NCBI RefSeq assembly: GCF_006345805.1
Contig: NC_043013.1
Location: 28,830,001 to 28,894,000, forward strand
Reading direction: 5' to 3'
Length of the DNA stretch: 64,000 nt
Source: Octopus sinensis
Taxonomy: Eukaryota
Shown here: piece after piece, positions 38,267 to 50,224 of the stretch
Position numbering within the stretch: the first letter of the stretch is position 1
Layout of the letters: each line of letters begins with the position of its first letter
Program-made: the position numbers and the translations under genes
Notes under the pieces: model-generated
Told to the model about the DNA's origin: nothing
Databases searched by the model: none
What the model saw: the letters and a program-made list of their open reading frames with translations, nothing else

Positions 38267-38480
38267 CCCTTTAGCATTGAGGTTAATCTGTTAGATCTTA
38301 TTTATTCACATTGTTTTGAATTAATCATGCATTATCTTGTAGCTTTGTGATTCTGATGACGTGATTGTTTATTTTTAGAATGATATTGTAGGGCAGGCAT
38401 GGAAGCTGGATCTAGATACTTTGAACATGAAACAGGTAGAATATTTGGGTTGGATATGGCTGGTTTAAATGTTAACAGGT
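38267..38480. mobile_element. piggyBac-like TTAA MITE, second family
   Basis: TTAA-CCCTTTAGCATT start. Same family as 44762-46085, 46620-47128 and about 55397-55625. Confidence 0.75.
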
Positions 38481-38499
38481 AAAACCTCCATTTGGATAA

Positions 38500-39720
38500 C
38501 AATTTGAAAAAGGTTGCATGTAAGGGGTGGAAAGTCTAACCTCATTCAGAAATGAGCTGAGAGGAAATGTTTCCAGAAAGAACAGGATTGCCATTTAAAG
38601 CACTTCAATGGTATACTGTTATTTGGTTGCTGTGCCTGGTTTCAGGAAACAGCCAACCAGATTGGAATATTCTCTTCTGTGGCTTTAGAAAGTGACAGAC
38701 CCGGCTAATCAGAAAGTCTGTCTGATATGTCCTGCATTATGACGATATATTTCATTGTCTGTGTGACTGGCCCAAACATCAGACCTCGCTGTGTCTGTCC
38801 ACTATTTATCAGTAGTGGAACAGCCCACTTCTCACTTAGGGGTGTTTGCCACAACACTATCTATGGCCAGCATCCACTCCATGGAAATGTCAAGATGCTG
38901 TGATTGATGATGCACAGGAATGCACTGAGACTGCAGCATTTATAGAGATTCTTGGATGACAATGAGCTTTCCACAACTTATCTTTCTTTGAATGAGTTTC
39001 AGTCCTCAGTGAAACACAGACGGGTTGGGTGTCCACTCCTAGAACTCTGCCAGGTACTCATGACATTCTACTAGCTGAATAATGCTGTCAGTGGAATGTC
39101 ATCCTTTGTATTCTGTCGTTAGAAAAAAGGTGTGAGAGACGATGGTTTGAAAATAACTTTAAGCATTGTTCAGTCAAGTTTCAGTAACCTTGCTGTTGGA
39201 TTTTCATGTTCAGGATTATGATTTTCAAAAATCTTTGGGCCTGATTACTGGGGATCATTATGTGTGGAATAAACTCAACAGGTATGGCCATGATAGAGCT
39301 GCTTTCTCACAACCAAGCTTTCTCAGGTGTGCACAGAGTAATGAAACTGCCCAGCATATGCTTATTTAATATCTGTGAACTGAGGTTTAAGTCAAACAGC
39401 TTTTATCATTTGCCAGCCATTTCTATTGTGAAGACTGATCCTTCTTTCAGTCTACAGGAACATGCTCACAGCAGGTCCATTCATTTGAACTATGATTGCC
39501 ACTCCCATCCACTTTTCTACAAATTTGCTGGAAGGCACTACTTCCAACACCACGCTCATTTTCTTTTCCAAGGGAAATTTGAAAATTTTGATGAGGGCTT
39601 GGCCAAAAAGAAGGTGCTGTCTTCAACCCTTCTTTTCTGGTCTACCACACAACCTCTTTTGCCAAAGTTGCCTGACAGATGCAGAACTTCCACTGGCCGC
39701 ACTGCTTATTAGTAGAGGAC
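38500..39720 (-). mobile_element. Decayed Tx1/L1-clade LINE fragment
   Basis: The minus strand of 39540-39700 aligns by eye with 24680-24800. Confidence 0.5.
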
Positions 39721-39974
39721 TGTAGCTGCTTGACAACATTCCAGATGCTAAGTGCCTTGTCTTGGCATTTGGCATACTAAGGATTCTGCCAGCTCAAAGA
39801 CCAGCAATTTTCAGAGGAGGGGCCTAAGTCAATTAAATTGACCCCAGTACTTATTTTATTGACCCCGAAAGGATGAAAAACAAAGTTGACTTCAGCAGAA
39901 TTTGAACTCAGAACTTAGGCAGATGAAATTCCACAAAGGTCCAAACAATTCTACCAGCTTGCTGCCTTATATAC

Positions 39975-40188
39975 TTTCTTTTACTCTTTTACTTGTTTCA
40001 GTCATTTTATTGCGGCCATGCTGGAGCATTGCCTTTAGTTGAGCAAATCGACCCCAGGACTTGTTCTTTGTAAGCCTAGTACTTATTCTATCGATTTTTT
40101 TTGCCCAACCGCTAGGTTACGAGGACGTAAACACCACCAGCATCAGTTGTCAAGCGATGTTGGGGGGGACAAACACAGACACACAAAC

Positions 40189-40231
<43 letters not shown>

Positions 40232-40797
40232 CAATCAACTAATAAGGGTGAGAGAATTAGATACTAATTTAATAGTATATCCATTTAACACCAAGTGGCT
40301 TAGTGCATAAAAACCCGGAATTCAATAAATTTTATATATAAATATAAGATAGTAACCACTATGTGGTCGACTCTAGCACTAAAAATAGATCCGCTAGGTT
40401 TCAGCCACAAAGAATTGTTTCCGATGAAAGTTAGCATGACTACTAGTTAGCACGCTAGTAGTCGTGCTAACTTAGCATGCTAGTAGTCGTGCTAACTTAG
40501 CATGCTAGTAGTCATGCTAACTTTCATCGGAAACAATTCTTTGTGGCTGAAACCTAGCGGATCTATTTTTAGTACTAGAGTCGACCACATAGTGGTTACT
40601 CTCTTATATTATATATATATATACATACATATATACAATGGGCTTCTTTCAGTTTCCATCTACCAAATCCACTCACAAGGTTTTGGTCAGCCCGAGGCTA
40701 TAGTAGAAGACACTTACCCAAGGTGCCATGCAGTGGGACTGAACCCAGAACCATGTGGTTGGTAAGCAAGCTACTTACCACACAGCCACTCCTGCGC
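39975..40797 (-). mobile_element. SINE-A split at its internal (TA)n by a fold-back element
   Basis: Tail part at 39975-40190, head part at 40620-40797. Confidence 0.85.
40250..40610. mobile_element. Fold-back element in (TA)n (copy 2), 96-bp arms
   Basis: Arms 40351-40446 and 40505-40600 with one mismatch. The centre is tandem 25-bp hairpin units. Confidence 0.7.
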
Positions 40798-40804
40798 CTA
40801 TAAT

Positions 40805-41635
40805 AATAATAATGAGATTATTGTATAAAGTGCTCAACTGCACTACAACTCATTGGAAAAGGGTACAAATTGGGAAAGAAAGTAACCATAAGTCAAGTAA
40901 AGAAAGACAGCAAAGATAGTCAAGGTTACATACATAGTGGCATGCCGTTGGTTACCAGTTGATCCAATCAATGGAACAGCCAGCTTGGGAAATTAATGTG
41001 CAACAGGCTGAACACTCCACAGACACTCTTACCCTTAATGTAATTCTCAGGGAGGTTGAGCATGACACAGAGTGTGACAAGGCTGGCCATTTGAAATATA
41101 GGTACTACTCATTTTTGCCAGTTGAGTGAACTGGAGCAACGTGAAATAAAGTGTCTTGCTCAAGGGCACAATGTGTCGCCATGAATTGAACTCACAATCG
41201 TAAGATCATGAGCCAAACACCCTAGCCACTAGGCAATGCACCTTCACACACACACACACAGTATACTGGATAAAATATAAAAAAAACAGAGAAATGAGTA
41301 GTCAAGGTTGTAAGGATGGATAGGCATGTCAGGAGTAGAGTTAGCAAATTTCAAGAAGGATGGAGTTTTTTGAAGGATGCAATGTCCTGACAGCTAACAA
41401 CTCGCATGGGGAGTTTATTTCATCTTTTGATAATTCTGGGCATGAAGAACTGTTTCTGAAAGTCATGGGATGCTGCACTATGGTTTTATAAATGTATTGT
41501 TGGGTGGTAGAGATCTTGAATTCAAAAGGTCACCAAAGTTGTTCTTGGAAATATGGTGGATAATTTTGTGGACTTCTACAAAAGACAGCAGATAGACATC
41601 AAGGATTATGCATGTTGATGCCCAGAGAAGCAAGA
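40805..41635 (-). mobile_element. CR1-clade LINE 3' end interrupted by a SINE-E-type copy (about 40940-41250)
   Basis: Same family as 33085-33545 (gaaggatgcaatgtcc..., gaaagtcatggg). Confidence 0.7.
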
Positions 41636-41639
41636 TGTT

Positions 41640-41684
41640 AAAAATATTCTTTTCTACTCTAGGCACAAGGCACAAAATTTTTGG

Positions 41685-41730
<46 letters not shown>

Positions 41731-41905
41731 GTGGGGTATTCGATTAAATCGACCCCAGTACACAACTGGTACTTAATTTATTGACCCCGAAAGGCTGAAA
41801 GGCAGAGTCAACTTGGCGGAATTTTAACTCAGAACGTAAAGACAGATGAAATACTGTTAAGCATTTCACCTGGCGTGCTAACATTTCTGCCAGCTTGCCG
41901 CCTTA
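41640..41905 (-). mobile_element. SINE, local family D (conserved central domain ctttgcctttcatcctttcggggtcgataaattaagtaccag)
   Basis: tRNA-like head with B-box ttctgagttaaaattcc. Other copies at about 4365, 17520, 27900, 33560, 39760, 43690, 45243, 52760-54180 and 60105. The central domain resembles the deeply conserved Meta-type SINE core (from memory). Confidence 0.8.
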
Positions 41906-43289
41906 AGATGTTAAAAATATGGCAAGTGATGATGTAGGGTATTTGTTTGATTGAATGTCAACAATATTGCCTAAAACCCTCAATGGTTTCTAGTATGACT
42001 GCAATCCAATGATTCAAACTAGTAAAGGAATAAGAAAGTTACATAAAACCAGTTTCACTGTGTGACATGCTGTGTAAGTGTCTTCTGCTAAAACTCCAGA
42101 CTGACCAACGCCTTGTGAGTGAATTTAGTTAACAGAAAAACTATAGGGAAGCCCATCATATATGTAAAGTGGTTGGCAATTTTGAAGGGCATCCAGCTGT
42201 AAAAACCATGCTAAAACTGATCGTGCCTGTGTTGGTGCCACATAAAAAGCACTCAGTCCACTCTGCAGGGTTTGGCAGTTTTAGGATACATGTTCACAGA
42301 AGTCTGATGGTGTCTTTTGCCTGGCCAGCTCCTGTCAAACCATCTAACTCATGCCAACATGGGAAGCAGACGTTAAATGATGATGATGGTGATGATGATG
42401 ATGGTGATGATGATGAGGTGTGATGATAATGATGGTGATGATGATGATAATGATGATGATGTGTTGACAACTGGTGTTGGTTTGTTTACATCCTCATAAA
42501 ATTTGCAGTTTGGCAAAAGAGATTAACAGAATAAGTACTAAACTTAAAAAAAAAAAAAAAACTGGGGTTGATTTGGTTCGACTAAAACCCTTCAAGGTGG
42601 TGCCCCAGCATGGCTGCTGTCCAATGACTGTGATGAGTAAGAGATAGAAGACATACCAGCCAGGCTTTCCGTTTCTGAGTGTAACATACTATGCAACAAA
42701 TCTAAGGGAGGTAATTGTGCAAGTAGTTTTAAAAGTGCAAAAGATTGAAAAGATGGTTTTTGAATTGTTTATGTAACCAGTTTTTTTTTTGTTTTTGTTT
42801 TTTTAGTTTTAATATTTAATTTAAAATAAAATAAATAAAATACAAAGAAACAAAAGTTTGATAAGTTTATGGAAAATTCATCTGTGGAACATGATTAAAA
42901 GAGTCATCAATTTATTATTTTTTTTGTTTTTGATGACGCAAGCATGCTACTAATAAATGAATACATAAATAAAATTAATGAATGAATGAAATGTATAATT
43001 AATTAATAAAATTAATTAATAAAATGGGAAGGAGATAATTAAATAAACCTTGGAAATAAAATGGGAAGGAGATAATTAAATAAGATGTATTGATTTCTCA
43101 CGTTTTCTTGAGGCAGCATATTTGTACGAGAAGAGTAGAGTCAAGTGAAAATGACTACCCTCTCCCCAGTATATAGCTGGTATTTATTTGGTTAACTGCA
43201 GAGAAATGTGAATGAGACTTTATGTTGTTCCTTGAATTCTTAGAAATTGTAACTTGATGGTAATAGAGTGGCAGGATTGTTAGAGAGGT

Positions 43290-43662
43290 GCAGGAGTGAC
43301 CGACCGTGTGGTAAGAAGCTTGCTTACCAACCACATGGTTCCAGGTTCAGTCCTACTGCATGCCACGTTGGGCAATTGTCTTCTACTATAGCCTCAGGCT
43401 GACCCAAGCCTTGTGAGTGGACATGGTGGACAGAAACTGAAAGAAGCTTGTCAGTGTTTGCCCCCCACCCCCACCCCACCATCACTTGACAACTGATGTT
43501 GGTGTGTTTACGTCCCCATCACTTAGCAGTTCGGCAAAAAGATACTGATAGTATAAGTACTAAGCTTACAAAGAATAAGTCCTGGGGTCGATTTGTTTGA
43601 CTAAAGGCGGTTCTCCAGCATGGCTGCAGTCAAATGACTGAAACAAGTAAAAGAATAAAAGA
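43290..43662 (+). mobile_element. Full-length SINE family A
   Basis: Head to tail is complete. Confidence 0.85.
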
Positions 43663-43839
43663 AAAGGTAGGAAAATGGTTTGTAGTATTTCTCACAACAC
43701 TCAAGGTTTTGAGTTCAAATCCCGTTGAAGTCAACTTTGCTTTTCACCCTTGTCTGGTCAGTAAAATAAGGTACTAGTTTAGTATTGAAGTTGATGTAAA
43801 CAAGTTGCCCCTCCCTTCAAAATTTTTGGCTTTGGGTTA

Positions 43840-44222
43840 TCTCTCTCTATATAAACGGTAGTTTGTCTGTGCGTGTTTCTGTGTGTCTGTTTTCTTGTAC
43901 CCTCACCCTGACCATGGCTTTCAACCGATTCTGATGAAACTTGACACACACATAGCCCAATGTCATAATTCAAAACTAACGCAGCGAAAATTTTGAAAAG
44001 TTCCCCCAGTTCTGAAAAAAATCGATAAATTCGACATGGGGTCGAGAATCAGAAACACAAACCGCAAACTGTCTAGGGGACGCAACTCCACCGTTTTTAA
44101 CTAAAAAAAAAATTTACCATCATTTTTTTCCATCTTTTTGCTATTTTTTGGCTATAACTCTCTAAAAATGCTTTATAGTTATTTCCCTTACAAACCTGAG
44201 CAACGCCGGGTGATACTGCTAG
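43840..44222 (+). mobile_element. Non-autonomous Helitron-like element
   Basis: A|TCTCTCTCTATATAAA...CCTGAGCAACGCCGGG..CTAG|T, no TSD. Termini are shared with 1636-2036. Confidence 0.85.
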
Positions 44223-44761
44223 TATTAGATATAATTATTAGAAATAACAACTAAATATCCTTTAAACTGCACATTACCATCTTATAATGGGAAGAATACA
44301 TTGAACACTGTAGTCAATGAACCAGTATGTCTTAAAAGACAGGATGGTCATAGCTGGATTGTCATTCACCATAGGTCTGTTCACTTTGTGTTGATGTTAA
44401 ACAACAACATCACTGGACCAGACAAGCCATGCGAATTATACAAGCTTTAGGTAGAGGCATGGCTGTGTGGTTATGAACCTCATGTTTGCTACTGCATGGT
44501 TTTAGGTTCAGTCCCACTGTATGACATCTTTGGAGGTCAAGTATCTTCTACCCTAGCCCCAGGCTGACTGATGCCTTGTGAGTGAATTTGGTAAATGGAA
44601 ACAGTGTGGAAGCCTGTTGTATATATATATATGTGTGTGTGTGTGTGTGCTTGTCCCTACTTCTGCATTGTTTGTCAAAGTTTGATTTGTTTATATTCCC
44701 AAAGCTCTAACAGTTCAGTAAAAGAGACCAAAAAAAAATTAATAAATAATGCCAAATTTAA

Positions 44762-46085
44762 CCATTTAGTATTTAAATTAACCATGTCCAGCCAAAATAT
44801 TCTATCTGCTTTATGTTCAAACTGGCCAGTTCTGGCCCCATCACACCTGCCCTACAATCACCATCATCATTGTTTAATGTCTGCTTTCCGTGCTGGCATG
44901 GGTTGAATGGTTTGACTGAGGACTGCCCTTCCTAATGCCAATTACTCAGAGTATCGTGGGTGCGTTTTATATACCACTGGGAGCCAGTCAGGCAGCACTG
45001 GCATCGACCATGCTTGAATGGTGTTTTTTATATGCCATCAGCACTGGTGCCAGTCAATCAGGTGGCACTGGTATTAACCACGCTCAAATGGTGCTTTTGA
45101 CATGCCACCTGCACAGGAGCCAGTCAGGTAGCATTGGCATCAGCCATACTCAAAAGGTGCTTTTTATGTGCCAGTCAGGTGGCACTTGCATCGGCCATGA
45201 CTGCAATTTCACTTGGTTCAACAGGTCTTCACAAGCATGGTATATTCTTTTCTACTCTAGGCACAAGTCCGAAATTTTGGGGGAACGGGCCAGTTGATTA
45301 GATCGACCCTAGTACACAACTGGGACTTAATTTATTGAACACCCCCCACCCACCCACCCACCCAAGGATGAAAAGCACAGTTGAGCTTGGTGGAATTTGA
45401 ACTCAGAACATAAAGACAGACAAACTACTGCTAAACATTTCACCCAGCATGCTAACATTTCTGCCAGCTCGCAGCCTTACAAGCATTGCTTGATGACTGA
45501 AGGATGCTTTTAAATGGGCCAGTTATGTGACACTGGCATCAGCCACAGCTACAGTTTCACTTGGCTTGCCGGGTCTTCTCAAAAGTAAACTATCACATCA
45601 TTGAAATCTGAAAGCTATAAGGTTATGCATGATTAATTCAAAACAGTCTGAATAATAAGCACTGCACATTATTTACAATTGACGGATATTTGTCCTCATC
45701 TTGTTTGTTGTTAACACAACGTTTCAGCTGATGTACCCTCCAGACTTCATCAGGTGCATCAAGGGCATATGGCATAGTGGTTAAGAGCGCAGGCTACTAA
45801 CCCCAAGATTCTGAGTTTGATTCCAGGTAGTGTCCTGAATAATAATAGTAATAATAACAACAACAACATAGAAAAATACCTTATGAATGAGAACCCAGGT
45901 TCTCAAAATTTCCCCAAGACACTTGATGAAGGCTGGAGAGTATATCAGCCAAAACGTTGTGCTAACAACAAACAAGATGAGGACAAATATCTTTCAAATG
46001 TAAATAATGTAAATAATTCCTCATCTCTTAAATATAGAACTGAAATAAGCACTGCATTTGACAGAGTAATCTGAATGCTGAAGGG
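44762..46085. mobile_element. TTAA MITE fragmented by three nested insertions
   Basis: TTAA at 44758-61 and 46086-89. MITE pieces at 44762-44857, 45581-45666 and 46044-46085. Confidence 0.75.
45667..46043 (+). mobile_element. tRNA(Ile)-like-headed, hammerhead-containing short retroelement (copy 1) with an inverted 3' duplicate
   Basis: TSD AATAAGCACTGCA at 45654-66 and 46044-56. A-box TGGCATAGTGG at 45770-80. Hammerhead motif at about 45917-45965. 91-bp inverted repeat 45666-45756 / 45920-46010. Confidence 0.75.
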
Positions 46086-46619
46086 TTAAATACTAAGTGC
46101 TTGGGTTGATGTTTTCAACTGGATCTGCCATGGTGGTGCCCCAACATGGCCACAGTTTGATGACTGAAACAAGCAACAGATAAAAGATTATTAGCAATAA
46201 ATCATGGCAAACATTTAGATAATTAATCAACACACATCCTAGACTGCACCCACAAAAAGTCTACCTAACTGATTTGTGTAATATCTTTCACAATTATGAC
46301 TCCATCCTCTGGCTCAAAGGTGCACTGTGTCCTCTCTTTGTCTTTTCTACTGCAACTGTAATGGCCTCTGATCCTTAGATCTAGCAAAGTTCATGGTCCT
46401 TCCCAATGAGAATATTTTTCTGAATCATTCATGTTTTCTCTCTCCTCCAGTTATCATTGTGTCCAGCTTCTATACCTCCCCACTCCCAGCAATAATCACT
46501 ATTTCTATCCTTTCTTCATAGAATGGCAACTCCCCACACCCCCACTCCTGTCCAATTATAGAATTCAACGAAAATTTATTGTTTTGTTTTGATAACTGGT
46601 TAGCAAATGAAAGGTTTAA

Positions 46620-47128
46620 CCCTTTAATATTTACACTGGCTATATCTGGCCCAATTTTTTTGTCTGGGGCAGTGACAAGTGACCAAGACCTCTGGCAATA
46701 CACTATGCTTGAGAAGACCTGTTAAGCCAAGTGAGGTTGTAGTCGTGGCTGATGCCGGTGTTCCGTAACTGGAACTTGTGCCAGTGGCATGTAAAAAGCA
46801 CTCACTACACTTTTAGAGTGGTTGGCATTAGGAAGGGCACCCAGCTCTAGAAACCATACCAAATCAGATTGGAGTCTGGCACAGCTCCCCAGTTTTCAGT
46901 CAAACCATCCAACCCATGCCAGCATGGAAAACGGACATTAAATGATGATGATGTTCAAACATTCAAACCAGCCAGATCTTGCCTCTTACACCTACCCTAC
47001 AATGTCGTTCTAAAAATACATAATCCGATTACCAAAGCCTTGATGCTATGAGATAACAGGTGATTACTTAAAAACAATGTGAATAAACAAACATTGCTTT
47101 TGATAGAGAAATCTAAATGCTAAAAAGG
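46620..47128. mobile_element. TTAA MITE split by a family C insertion (about 46680-46952)
   Basis: TTAA at 46616-19 and 47129-32. Confidence 0.7.
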
Positions 47129-47715
47129 TTAATGTGCTTTTATGGTGTGTAGTTAAACAACAAAATCAATATTTTATGCTTGCTATTCACAATGAACCAT
47201 ATATTTTGCATTGAGGTTTTGTATTTTCTCTGTTGGCCTTTTATGTTGTATTTCCATAAGCCTGTACACCGTTGCTAGCCCTACTAGAAATAGCTGCCGA
47301 ATTTTCCCTCAAATCATTCTCTACAGTCTTAAAAACAAAGAATGGATACAGTGGACAATGTAGTCCATGGTATACAAAATTACAGAATGGTCATGTCTGG
47401 AACACCTTTGCTCTATCGGGGATGGTCATAGATTTTGCTCTATTAGGAATGGTCATAGTTGGAACACCTTTGATCGTAGGTTTTGTTCTCTCAGACATTT
47501 ATGTAACTATATTTTTGTTTTGTAACATGTTTACTAACAAAAGAGTGAATGTACCGATTTCTAATATTTTCAGCATCAAAAATAACAATGGTGTTTAAGA
47601 AAAATATTAAAGATTAGCTAGCAATATTCTCTGGTCAAGCAAGCAAGGAAGATAACTTTGAAACGTTTCTGCCTTCTTAGTCATCATCAGTGGAAGTTTA
47701 ACATCCACTGTTGTT

Positions 47716-48123
47716 TATTCTTTTATTTGTTTCAGTCATTTAATTACAGCCATGCTGGAGCACCACCTTTAGTTGAACAAATCGACCCCAGGATTTATTC
47801 TTTGTAAGTCCAATACTTATTCTATCAGTCTCTTTTGCCAAACCACTAGGTCACAGGGATGTAAACACACCAACATCAATTGTCAAGCAATGGTGGGAGG
47901 ACAAACATAGACACACAAACATATATATACATACATACATATATATATATATATATCTAAATGATGGGCTTCTTTCAGTTTCCATCTACCAAATCCACTC
48001 ACAAGGCTTTGGTTGGCCCAAGGCTATAGTAAAAGACACTTGCCCAAGGTGTCATGCAGTGAGACTGAACCCAGAACCATGTGGTTGGTAAGCAAGCTAC
48101 TTACCACACAGCCACTCCTGCGC
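47716..48123 (-). mobile_element. Full-length SINE family A
   Basis: Complete; head-to-head with 48275-48696. Confidence 0.9.
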
Positions 48124-48274
48124 TGATATAGCTACTTACCATACAAGATGAAACACCTAATGTATTTAACTCTATTGTAGTTATTTCTGATGGTGGATAC
48201 ATAGGAAATAACTCAAATCCATGCAGTCAATGATTTATTATAATTAAATTAATTAAATATCTTAAACAAATAGA

Positions 48275-48442
48275 CACAGGAGTTGCTGTGTGGCATGTAG
48301 CTTGCTTACGAACCACATGGTTCCGGGCTCAGTCCCACTGCATGGCACCTTGGACAAGTATCTTCTACTATAGCCTCAGGCCGACCGAGCCTTGAGAGTG
48401 GATTTGGTAGACGGAAACTGAAAGAAGCCCGTCGTGTATATG

Positions 48443-48487
<45 letters not shown>

Positions 48488-48696
48488 TTGTGTGTGTGTT
48501 TGTGTCTGTCTACCCAACATCACTTGACAACCGCTGCTGGTGTGTTTACGTCCCCGTAACTTAGCCGTCTGGCAAAAGAGACTAATAGAATAAGTCCTAG
48601 GCTTACAAAGAATAAGTCCTGGGGTTGATTTGCTTGACTAAAGGCGGTGCTCCAGCATGGCCGCAGTCAAATGACTGAAACAAGTAAAAGAGTAAA
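48275..48696 (+). mobile_element. Full-length SINE family A
   Basis: Complete and CpG-rich. Confidence 0.9.
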
Positions 48697-49247
48697 GTCA
48701 ATACATTGCCAGCCCTGCTAGAAATAGCTGCCAAATTTCTCTTAAATTATATTCTCTAGTCTTAAAAACAAAGAATGGATACAGTGGACAATGTAGTCCA
48801 TGATATACAAAATGATGGGATGGTCATGTCTGGATGGTCATAGATTTTGCTCTCTCAGGAATGGTCATAGTTGGAACATCTTTGATTGTAGGTTTTGTTA
48901 TCTCAGGGATGGTCACAATTGGAGCAGTTTTGATCTTAGGTTTTACTGTATCAGGATGATCACAGTTAGAAAATATTTGTTCATAAGCTTTCCTTTATCA
49001 GGGATGGTCAGGCTGGAATGTGTTTGATGCATAGATCTGTTTGATTAGAGATGGTCACAGCTGGAACATCTTTGATCATTGTTCTACTTGATCAAAGGTT
49101 GACCAGAAGCTAAACCACAACAACAACCAATAACAACTACAAACAAATATAGGAAATCTTACCCAGAAAGTTGATTCAAACTAGCCTCACACACACACAT
49201 ACACGAATACATACAGGCATGGATACATATACACGCTTTTACACACG

Positions 49248-49291
<44 letters not shown>

Positions 49292-49575
49292 GTATATATG
49301 ACTATTGTTTAATTCTTTGTTTTCTCCTATCAATGACAAATCTCAGAATAGTTTTGAAGGTCACATCGAATTTCCTGCAACATTTAAACATTAAAGCGCT
49401 TTTCTTTTGAAATAATTAGATCACAATGATTCCTCCATCTTCTTTCATACTTTGGCATTTTCAATAAAATGGATCTTCATTTCAAGCTTGTTGCTGCCAC
49501 TGCTGCTGCTGCTGCTGCTGCTACCATCACTGTTTATGTCTTATTTTCTCTTTTCTTCAGTATTTTGTTAATCGT

Positions 49576-49614
<39 letters not shown>

Positions 49615-50224
49615 ATGCAGTGCATTTCCATTTTCCATTTTGTTTGTCATTTTGTTTTGTAAATATTTTGATAATAATCATTGAATTGTACTCACCTGGA
49701 AACATAACTCCACACAAATGTTGATCTTTATGTGTATACCTGTATATGTGTTTCTCTGTGTGTGTGTATGTATATATATATATATATATATCTTTTGTTT
49801 TTGAATGGTTGTTTGGATGTGTGTGTGTGCATTTGCCCATTTGTGCATTTTCAAAAGTTATGTATATGTGTGTGTATATTGGTTGCCTGTGTCTATCCTT
49901 GTATGTTGGGAAGCATGGAATTTATTCCTAAAACAAAAGGAGGCAGGTATAATTATCAAAAATGTCAATCTAATTATTGTTATCTTTATATGACAAAGAC
50001 TGTGAAAGAGAGAGAGAGAGAGAAGAAGGAGAGTGAAACAAAAAATAACAGAGAGAGTGCAAAAGAATGATAGCGATATAGAGAGAGTATGTGTGTAAAT
50101 GTGCACACATGCACCATGTGTGTGTTAAGTGTTTACTAGTATCTTTTAGGCCAAGTTTATATCTGCTGCAGGCATTTTATATCTTTGGAACCATCCCCCG
50201 CCAACATAAAAATAATATATATAT

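Noticed and set aside
39260-39712. 150-aa ORF containing FQGK as the missing last AARSD1 exon
   Set aside because: No GKG or GR context and no suitable acceptor. It is the antisense of a Tx1-like LINE remnant.
40447-40521. Three palindromic 25-bp repeats resembling a CRISPR array
   Set aside because: No spacers, no cas genes, eukaryotic context. Explained by template switching.
45763-45838. tRNA gene
   Set aside because: It has A/B boxes and an anticodon-like arm, but no 3' acceptor strand or poly-T terminator, and it continues into a repeat body. The same holds for the heads of SINE families A, B, D and E.
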